Part shown: in pieces, positions 54,781 through 64,000 of the stretch | Layout: every line of letters starts with the position of its first letter | Position numbering within the stretch: position 1 is the stretch's first letter | Assembly: GCF_006345805.1 (NCBI RefSeq) | Contig: NC_043011.1 | Location: 53,890,464 to 53,954,463 of the forward strand | DNA length: 64,000 bases | Source of the DNA: Octopus sinensis | Taxonomy: Eukaryota | Direction: 5' to 3' | The notes under the pieces: model-generated | The model's database searches: none | What the model saw: the letters and a program-made list of their open reading frames with translations, nothing else | Told to the model about the DNA's origin: nothing | Program-made: the position numbers and the translations under genes

Positions 54781-55267
54781 TACACGACTATGTGGTTAAG
54801 TTGCTGATCAAGGAATATGAAGATCAGGCTGCTAACGCTCTTAATTTCCAGTTTAATTAATGCAATCAAGTTTAATTCTTATAACGCCACAAAAATACAG
54901 AGAAAAGTAGAAAGAACAAACAACAGGACAACATCAACAACAGCCATAAATGCTTTCATAGATGAAAATTCATTATCAAATGTATTTCAATTAGTTTTGA
55001 AAATAATCAAGAATTCAGAAGGAGTTTGAATAAGAAAACACTCTAATTTTTTAATTCATTGCTAAATTAAGCTGGTGTTTGTAACATTACTTAACAAAAG
55101 ATTCTTATATAATATTATGACAGAAGGTTTTTCATTTAAACATCAACATTTTAAAAATAGGCTGTTTTTATGTTGTAGAAAATAGAAGCAATCTCAGGTA
55201 ATATGTCGATATGAAACAAGTTAATGAAATTGAATGAAACTACAATTAAATAATAATAATAATACTA

Positions 55268-55580
55268 ATAATAATAATCATCATCATCATCATCATCATC
55301 GTTTAACGTCCGTTCTCCATGCTAGCATGGGTTGGACGGTTCGACTGGGGATCTGGGAAGCCAGAAGGCTGCACCAGGCTCCAGGCTTATCTGGCAATGT
55401 TTCTACAGGTGGATGCCCTTCCTAACGCCAACCACTCCGTGAGTGTAGTGGGGGATTTTTACGTGCCACCTGCACAGGTGCCAGGCGAGGCTGGCAACGG
55501 TCACGGTCGGATTGGTGTATTTTATGTGCCACCGGCACGGAAGCCAGTCGAGGCGGCGCTGGCATCGGCCACGAGTCGGA
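55268..55580 (-). mobile_element. RTE 3'UTR (family C)
   Basis: Near-identical to the reverse complement of 51190-51490. Confidence 0.85.
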
Positions 55581-55589
55581 TAATAATAA

Positions 55590-55802
55590 TAATCCTTTCT
55601 AGTAAAGGCACAAGGCCTGAAATTTTGAGGGAGGCGACTCGTCAATTTCATTGACCCCAGTACATAACTGGTATCTATTTTATTGATCTTGAAAGGATGA
55701 AAAGCAAAGTCGACTTCAGCAGCATTTGAACTCAGAACATAAAGATGGATGAAATGCCACTAGCCATTTTGCCCGGTGTGCTAACAATTCTGCCAGCTCA
55801 AC
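55590..55802 (-). mobile_element. SINE family B
   Basis: Homology. Confidence 0.7.
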
Positions 55803-55832
55803 ACCTTTCCAGTAATAGTAATAGTAATAATA

Positions 55833-56105
55833 TTGGGTTGTCTGGAAAGTTTGTGCTGAATTTTAAAGGAAAGAAAAAGATCAATAAATACTTGCCATTA
55901 CATTTTTAATCAACCAGATATGAACCATCTTTTTGCACAATGTGTCTCCGTCTTTCCTTTAACTTGAAAATACCCTCTTCCCAGAACTGAGGTGGCTTTA
56001 TGGCAAAGAATTCATCAAGGTATCTTTTTACGTCATCCAAGGAATTGAAATTTTTACTATTAAGACTATTCTGCAGAGACCTGAGTAAGTGGAAATCCGA
56101 AGGAG
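55833..56105 (-). mobile_element. Mariner 3' end with TIR (third copy)
   Basis: PPSDFHLLRSLQNSLNSKNF...GSYLVD*; TA|TTGGGTTGTCTGGAAAG. Confidence 0.9.
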
Positions 56106-56107
56106 GC

Positions 56108-56261
56108 AATTACATCAACCCCAGTACTCAGCTGGTACTTAATATACCAACCCCAAAAGGATGAAAGGTAAAGTTAACCTCAGCGGAATTTGAACTCAGA
56201 TTGTAAAGATGAATGAAATGCTACTAAGCATCTTGCCTGGCATGCTAACGATTCTACCACC

Positions 56262-56262
<1 letters not shown>
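56108..56262 (-). mobile_element. SINE family B, partial
   Basis: Homology. Confidence 0.65.
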
Positions 56263-56301
<39 letters not shown>

Positions 56302-56321
56302 TAATAATAATAATAATAAAT

Positions 56322-56870
56322 GCCCTGATGCAGTACCAGGCTGTGACTCTCGTGGCTTCTGATCTTAACTGATTGGAAGTGTTATCATGTACATTGTTTT
56401 GTCTTGGTATAAAAGATGGGCTACAGCAAATATTCTGCTCAATACCACAGATTTGCTTGTCAGTTACTTGACCTTAACCAGTTGAGCATGTCCCTTGATG
56501 GTTGATGATATGTGCATCTCTGATCACGAGCAGAAGTAGTGGGGAAACGTCATAGCCATGTGCTGAGAGCAATTCTTTGGGGTTTGGATAATTCACCCTT
56601 GGAAACATGTGTGTTTCGTTCAACATCCTTAAACAACCCCTATTCAGGGACCTTTTGAGTGGGATGGGCTACTCGACCTGAAGAAAATTCTAACTGGGCT
56701 CCACCTGCAAGGTCATGTGCTGTTTATCTTGATATGAGATCACCATGTCGCACACACATGATTGTGATGCATGTGCTTGGTGTAACCTTATCAGATGGGT
56801 AGTCATGATGGGTATATTGGGCTTCGTATATTTGTACCCCAGTGTCACTTTGAAGACATGCACTGCTCAA
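56322..56870 (-). mobile_element. Repeat family F (SINE or LINE 3'UTR-like) with (ATT)n tail
   Basis: 3' end shared with 32566-32707. Confidence 0.6.
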
Positions 56871-56949
56871 TAATAATAATAATCATTGTTTCAAACTTTG
56901 GCACATGGTCAGCTGTTTTGAGAGAAGAGGAAATCAATTACATGACTGG

Positions 56950-58560
56950 AGGGTTGGTGATGCTGTAAATGTGCCTGTGTCTGTTGTGGGTATGTTTTCT
57001 ATGCTTTTTTTGGTGCATGCGTGTTGGTGTAGAGTATGGTGTTTTATTGTGTTTTATTATTTTTTTGTTTGGTTTTGGAGGTTCTTCCTTATCTTCATCA
57101 TGTGATGCAAAGGTGTCCACATCTGTGGAATCAGGGTGCAAGTCTATGTATATATTTCAATTCAGAGGAAATGGAGAGAGGGATTGAGAGGGAGAGCTTT
57201 GTCAGGAATGTCTCTGGAAGTTGTGGGTGTCTGTTACTATTATTCTTTCTGCTGTTGAAAATGGTGGTGGTGTATCTGCTGCTGGTATTATTGGTGTTGT
57301 TGGTGTTGCTGTTGTTGTTGGTGTTCCTCCAGCATCTACTGTCTTTGCTGTTCCTGTTGTTCATGATGCTGTCATTGCTGGGGTTGGTGCCACTTTTGTT
57401 ACTGATTGTTGCTGATTTAGTTGTTGAGGTCTTTGAGGTCCGGGTGTTGGTAGTAACCAGGTTCTATGGTTCCCTGTCTCCTGCTGGGGACAGAAAGCTC
57501 TTAAGTGGCCTGTCATCTGTAACATGTAGCTCTTCCCCTCCAGGAAGGTGAATGAAGTCTGGGATCTTGTGGACCATGTCTGGTTTAATGTGGAGTAGCA
57601 TCTCCACACTGATCCAATTTTCACGATGTGTCCACTTCATATTCAGGAGGCTGCTACTTCCTTCCAAAATGATTCACGCTAAAATCTATCATAAACTAGC
57701 AGTATTGCCCAGCGTTGCTCGGGTTGGTTTCGACCCTTTAGAATTGGAATTTTTGAAAAGTAAAAATTTTGCATTATGTAGCTTGTTATTCTCTTTAAGC
57801 GAACATTTTTCTGGTTGAAATACACCGAAAAATGGTGACACAGCAGTCAAAAAATCGTAAAAAATAGGGATTCTCATAGAAAAAAAGCACCTTTTTGATG
57901 TAAATAATTTTTGGTGTTAACATGGTCCAATTTGAATTTTTTATTCTACGGATGGAAGAGCAAGCCTTCTTCTATCATACTCTCAATTTTGGTCAACTTG
58001 CACTGCAAGGTCTTGGAGGAGATAGTGTTAGTTGAAGGCTACCAAACCTGCCATACACAGACAACTTCAGCTTTATATATATAGAGATTTACCTCTGGTG
58101 GAATTTCTGAGATCTTTATCCTCTCACCATCCTCCTTCCTGAATGTAAAGGGTAGAACCCATATTTTTTGCTCTGAAAAGGAACCATGGAGTGTTTGGCA
58201 GCCAGACCTTCAGTCTTTAAGAGCTATGAAACGCCCACAAATAGCTTTGAAATGCCCACAAATAGTTTTGCTCTCAAGACATGCTGAATGTCAGGCATTA
58301 ACTCTTTTAGTGCATCTGCCACATTTGTCTGACTATCCATCTCCAACCACTTTGTGCTTATAGAACCACATTCATAAATTACAGTTTCTTTCTGTGTTTC
58401 TGCCAAACACTTCAGTGAGAAATGCCAATATCCATCCCATGCTTTTTCCGGTCTTATCAGTTTGGCCACTTGGGCCTGACATATAACCTTCAGCAGGATA
58501 TCCATCATGTATAGCTCTGTTCCTTTTGCAGCAGTTACTGTGAATGTATTGTTGTTGTTG
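56950..58560 (-). pseudogene. Decayed non-LTR ORF1/gag-like relic with a partial CCHC knuckle
   Basis: EIPPEVN[Helitron]L**ILA*IILEGSSSLLNMKWTHRENWISVEMLL...IPDFIHLPGGEELHV / QMTGHLRAFCP, then a T/P-rich tail; stops and frameshifts. Confidence 0.45.
57696..58087 (-). mobile_element. Non-autonomous Helitron (392 bp)
   Basis: Minus strand 5'-TCTCTATATATATAAAG ... CCCGAGCAACGCTGGG hairpin ... CTAG-3', inserted between A and T with no TSD. Confidence 0.85.
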
Positions 58561-58799
58561 TTATTATTCACAATGGAAATATTGTTGTCATTTAAGTTGT
58601 CAAGGCTACTGTTGTTTATGTTTTTTTTTTCTTCTATCATAATTTTTGTTGTTACATTTTAATGTCTGCTTCTCCACACTTGCATGGGTCAGATGGCATT
58701 TTTTTGAGGCAGATTTTCTGCAGGAAGGATGCTTTCCTATCGCCAACCTTCACCTGTTTCCAAGTAAGGTAATATTTCTGTTTCCCATGGCCATATATA

Positions 58800-59032
58800 T
58801 ATTTCTTTACTACCCACAAGGGGCTAAACACAGAGGGGACAAACAAGGACAGACAAATGGATTAAGTCGATTATGTCGACCCCAGTGCGTAACTGGTACT
58901 TAATTTATCGACCCCGAAAGGATGAAAGGCAAAGTCGACCTCGGCGGAATTTGAACTCGGAACGTAACAACAGACGAAATACGGCTACGCATTTCGCCCG
59001 GCGTGCTAACATTTCTGCCAGCTCACCGCCTT
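58800..59032 (-). mobile_element. SINE family B, full length, young
   Basis: Homology; CpGs retained. Confidence 0.85.
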
Positions 59033-59089
59033 GGCCATATAGGGAAATGAACAAGAGGATACACAAACACAAACACATACACACGTATC

Positions 59090-59235
59090 CCTTGTCGACC
59101 AAATACACTCACAAGGCTTCTGTTTGTTCAGGGTTATTACAGAATACTCTTGCCCAAGGTGCCGCACAGGGGGACTGAACTTGAGACCAGATAGTTGGGA
59201 AGAACTCCTTAATCATACAATAAACCTTGCCAGCA
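59090..59235 (-). mobile_element. SINE A 5' fragment
   Basis: Homology. Confidence 0.65.
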
Positions 59236-59652
59236 CCTACCTTTTATATAAGTCTCAAGCCAAGTGGCCTTTATTTTGTTTTAACATTCACATTTATGTG
59301 TCGTCTTTGTTTCCCTTACTGTCCTCACTGTTCATGCTCCATTCCCAACAGCTTTTTGCTGTTGATGCCACTAAAACTGAACAGTATTATTTGTTAAAGG
59401 CATGAAATTGTTATGAGTTTTCGAACAATAACTGATGGGGAAAGAGCATGCCTTTGTCCGGCCTGTGAATTTTCCATTCATGCCTTTGTCTGGCTTCTGT
59501 TTAAGTTTTGAAACACACACAACACAACACACTCTCTCTCTCTCTCTCTCTCACAACACACACACCACACATTATATATACTATTCTTTTTTCTTTGATA
59601 TATATAATATATATATAGATATATATAATATATATATATATATGTATATATA

Positions 59653-59683
<31 letters not shown>

Positions 59684-59703
59684 ATGTATGGTATATATAT
59701 GTA

Positions 59704-59760
<57 letters not shown>

Positions 59761-60219
59761 GTCTGTCTGTCTGTCTATCTATATATGTATGTATATATAG
59801 ATATATATATATGTATATATATATATATGTATGTATATATATATATGTATATCTATCTATCTATCTATCTATCTGTCTATCTATCTAATTATCTATCTAT
59901 CTATCTATCTGTCTATCTATCTAATTATCTATATATCTATATATCTATCTATCTATCTATCTATATATGTATGTATATATAGATATACACATGCACACAC
60001 ACGCACACACATGCACACACACACACACACACACATATATTTATATATAGATGTATTCATGCATACATACATTTATATTCGAAAGACACGTAGAAAAAAA
60101 ATATGCTTAATGAAATTACCTGTGCAATACTTTGATGTGCACATTATTTATGGCAGCAGTGCAGTTGTGTGCACTTAGGCAAAGGTTACCAAATACATTC
60201 TTTCGTGCACTTTCGCCCT

Positions 60220-60660
60220 CGTTGATGGTCATCAGCATCATCATCATCATTGTTGTCATCATTGTCATAATCATCATCATCGTCATCATCATCATTGTTG
60301 TCATCATCATCATCGTCATTATCATCATCATCATCATCTTCATAAATATTATCACCACCACCACCACCACCACCACCACTACCAACAACCACCAACATCA
60401 GCATCAACATCAACATCACTAACAGCACAGCTGTTGTGACCATGGCCATGATGATGATGACAGCCACCACCACCACCACCACCACCACCATCACCGTCAC
60501 CACCACTGCCACCTCTACTGCTGCCACTGCTGCTGCTGCTGCCTTTGCCGCCACTGCTACCGCTGCAAACACTGCTGTCACCACCACCACCACCACCACC
60601 ACCATCACCACCACCACCACCACCACCACCACCACCACCACCACTACCACTACCATGACC
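60220..60660. repeat. (ATC)/(ACC)/(CTG)n compound repeat
   Basis: Direct. Confidence 0.9.
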
Positions 60661-60740
60661 TCACCGACTCTTAATTAAGAGCTGTCTCGAAAAGAAACCG
60701 ATAATAACAAGTAAAGAACATTTAAATCATTGAGAGTAGC

Positions 60741-60778
<38 letters not shown>

Positions 60779-61574
60779 GTGGAGCAGGAGCAGTGGGTGG
60801 GGGGGAGTTAGAGTGCCTGTTTGTTAATTGCATCGAATTACATTTTAAAACTAATTGATATTTCACATCACTTTACTTTTATTTGTTATGCTTGTATTTT
60901 GTTTTTGATTTTTTTTTGTTGCTAGATTTAGTTGTTTTTTTTTTTTAATGTCATAAATTCTATTACTTTTTGTTATTATTTGTTTTTGCTTTTTCGGGTT
61001 TTTTTTTTTTTTTTTGGTCTTGCTCACCATTTCTCAGGGAACTAACTTTTGCATTCATTTTTATTTATCAATGGTATTTAGAAAAGTTTAGGGTCTCATC
61101 CTTTTCTTTGGCCTTTTCCACAAACTTGTTGCTTGAGTTTTCACTTTTTGGCAAAACTGAAGTGGCTTCAAATCACACCACCCACATCAATCTAACCACC
61201 CAACCTACCCATCCATTCGATCTACCAATACTCATAATAATAACTGCCCAATCTACCCTCAGACCCTATCTACCTGTCCAGCTAATCAGCCCAACTACCC
61301 AACCTACCGTCACCACCCAATCTACCCATACACATAATAATAACAACCCAACTTACCTGCTGACCCTGTCTATCTGTCCAGTTAATCAGTCCAACTACCC
61401 AACCTGCCCCCTTATCCAGCTATGTATCTACACAACAAGGTAATCTACTCACTCACCCAGTGGTAACTGTCCTATCAATCCACTACCCAGTCTGCCCACA
61501 GACCTAATCTACCCAACTTTCCATCCAATCTATCCACCCAGCCCGTCTATGCACCGGCCTAATTTACCCGACCG

Positions 61575-61935
61575 TTCAGTACTTCCCCTTCAAGCTGAGA
61601 GGTCTTTGTTTTGCAAGTTACCTGGGGACGAAGGGGGTACTGGTGTCACATGAAAAGCATCAGTACTGGTTCCAGTGCCACATGAAAAGCACCAGTGCTG
61701 GTGTCACATAAAATGGCACTAATTCCAGTGCCACAGTACATTCTGTGAAGTGGTTGGCATTAGGAAGGGCATCCAGCCATAGAAACCAAGCGAAAGCAGA
61801 CAACAGAGCTTGATACAGTCCTCTGGCTTGCTAGCTTTTGTCAAACCGTCCAACCCATGCCAGCATGGAAAACGGACGTTAAATGATGATGGTGATGATG
61901 ATGGTGATGATGATGACGACAACAACGACAATGAT
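61575..61935 (+). mobile_element. RTE 3'UTR variant with GAT tail
   Basis: GGTTGGCATTAGGAAGGGCATCC...GGACGTTAAATGATG. Confidence 0.75.
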
Positions 61936-62029
61936 GACTCAGTCTACCCACAGCCAGTTCACCCCCCTCCCCCCGTAGATCCAGGCCATATATTCACACA
62001 ACCAGCCAGCTGTTATCTTTGTCCACTGC

Positions 62030-62939
62030 AACTGATGCTGCTACTGATGCTGACGCTACCGCCGCCGCAACCACCACCACCACCACCACCACCACCACCA
62101 CCACTACCACTGCCACCATTGCTGCTGCTGCCATCGTCACCGCCACTGCTGCCACCACAGCCACCACCACCACCACCACCACCACCACCAAAACCACCAC
62201 CACCAACACTACCATCACCACCACCACCACTGCCGCCACCACCACCACCACCACCACCACCACCACCACCACCACCACTGCCACTACCACTACCATGACC
62301 ACTGCCACCACCACCACCACCACCACCACCACCACCACCACCGTTGCTGCTGCTGCCATCGCCGCCATCACTGCCATCACCACTGCTACCACTGCTACCA
62401 CCGCCACCACCACCAAACACAACAACAACAACAACAATATGATGAGCCGGCAAAGACTTAAGCCTCAAGGCAGTCACTAGACCAGCCAAATTTTCTTCCG
62501 ATTACACATTAATTTTCTTAGAAAAGGACACATTATAAAATGTGGTTCAGGTTCCTCTCAGATGGGATGGTCATAATTGGATTATATTTGATCATAGATC
62601 TATTCAATAGTGGTTGACCTAGGATTAAACAACAACAACAACAATAACATTAAGGGCAAAGGAAAGAACCATTCTGTAGCCTGCTAGAAATAACAGTCAA
62701 AGCATTTACCATCATTACATTGGATGATGTAATTCTTGATATAGAAAACAGACAGGATGGTCATGGCTGGAATGCTGTAAATCAGATATTGTTCAAATAG
62801 GATTGACCTTGGGTTATACAGCAACATTACCACCATCACCATTAGCATCATTATCATTACACCACCATCAGCAGCAGCAGCACCACCACCACCTCTACTG
62901 CCACTAGCATCACTACTGCTACTGCTGCTGCTACTACTG

Positions 62940-62972
<33 letters not shown>

Positions 62973-63760
62973 TACTACTACTACTACTACTACCACAACC
63001 ATCACCAATCTCCACTACCACCACCAACCACACCACCACTACCACTGCCACCACCATTACAACCTTTCATAGCACCACCACCACTACCACTACTATCCTC
63101 ATCACTTCTCCCACTTTATTACCCCCTCCTACCATTACCACCATTGCTACAACCTTCCCCACCAACAACAAGGACAACCACCTTTCATATCATCACCATC
63201 ACCACTACCATCATTACCACTACCACCACCACCACTACCATCACCCCCATCACCACCACCACTGCCATCATTACCACTACCACCACCACCACTACCACCA
63301 CCACCACTATCACCATCACTACTACCACCACCATTACAACCTTTCATAGCACCACTACTACCAACAACAACATTATCATCATTACCACCTTTCATGCCAT
63401 CACCATCATTACAACCACCACCACCACCACCACCACCACCATAATCTATACCACCAACACCACCATTACAGCCACCACTACCACCATAATCCACACCAAC
63501 ACCACCATTACAACCACCACCACCACCATATTCTATACCACCGATACCACCATTACAACTACCACCGCCACCACCACCACCATAATCTATACCACCATCA
63601 CCACCACCACCACCATAATCTATACCACCATTACAACTACCACCATCACCACCACTACCACAACCATCATCATCCCTTTCACAACACTCACCATCACCAT
63701 CAAAAAACCACCACCATCAGCACCACCACCACCACAAATACCACCTACACCCTACCACCT
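62030..63760. repeat. (ACC)n-rich degenerate trinucleotide fields
   Basis: Direct. Confidence 0.85.
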
Positions 63761-64000
63761 ACCACTAATATATGAAACCCTATTTGATAATTGAAATGAA
63801 ATGCTTTAAAAGTTTCATGTTATCAATTTTCTTAGGAAAAAAGAAAAAACTTGAAATTGTTGGAAGAATTATCAATTTGAAATTGGAGAAAAACTGTTAA
63901 TTTTGATTTTTGAATACCCAACACAGCAGAAATGGTTATTAGATAAGTTTATAAGATGATCAGCCCTGAAAATGACCTCTGGTATTTTGGAAAGATCAAT

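Noticed and set aside
60116-63794. Mucin-like Thr/Pro-rich ORFs
   Set aside because: Degenerate (ACC)n microsatellites open in several frames on both strands

Overview
AT-rich, repeat-dominated animal DNA. The SINE/RTE repeat families and microsatellite load look like those of Octopus (an inference; species not proven). No intact multi-exon gene can be assembled by eye. The window holds three tRNA-headed SINE families, RTE LINE fragments, mariner and maT DNA-transposon relics, a nested Penelope-like element (PLE), a canonical non-autonomous Helitron inside a gag/ORF1-like relic, a TTAA MITE, mini- and microsatellites, and a 100-N gap whose flanks overlap. Highlights: (1) a GC-rich, coding-like probable terminal exon at ~36.8-37.05 kb whose in-frame TAG sits in a TMV-type readthrough context (CAA-TAG-CAA-TCA); (2) a structurally complete type I hammerhead ribozyme motif at 42595-42685, inside a small fold-back that is nested in a 2.1-kb palindrome; (3) several other fold-back palindromes; (4) an RTE insertion with twin-priming-like inversion geometry. 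All alignments were done by hand, and boundaries are approximate unless base-level evidence is quoted.
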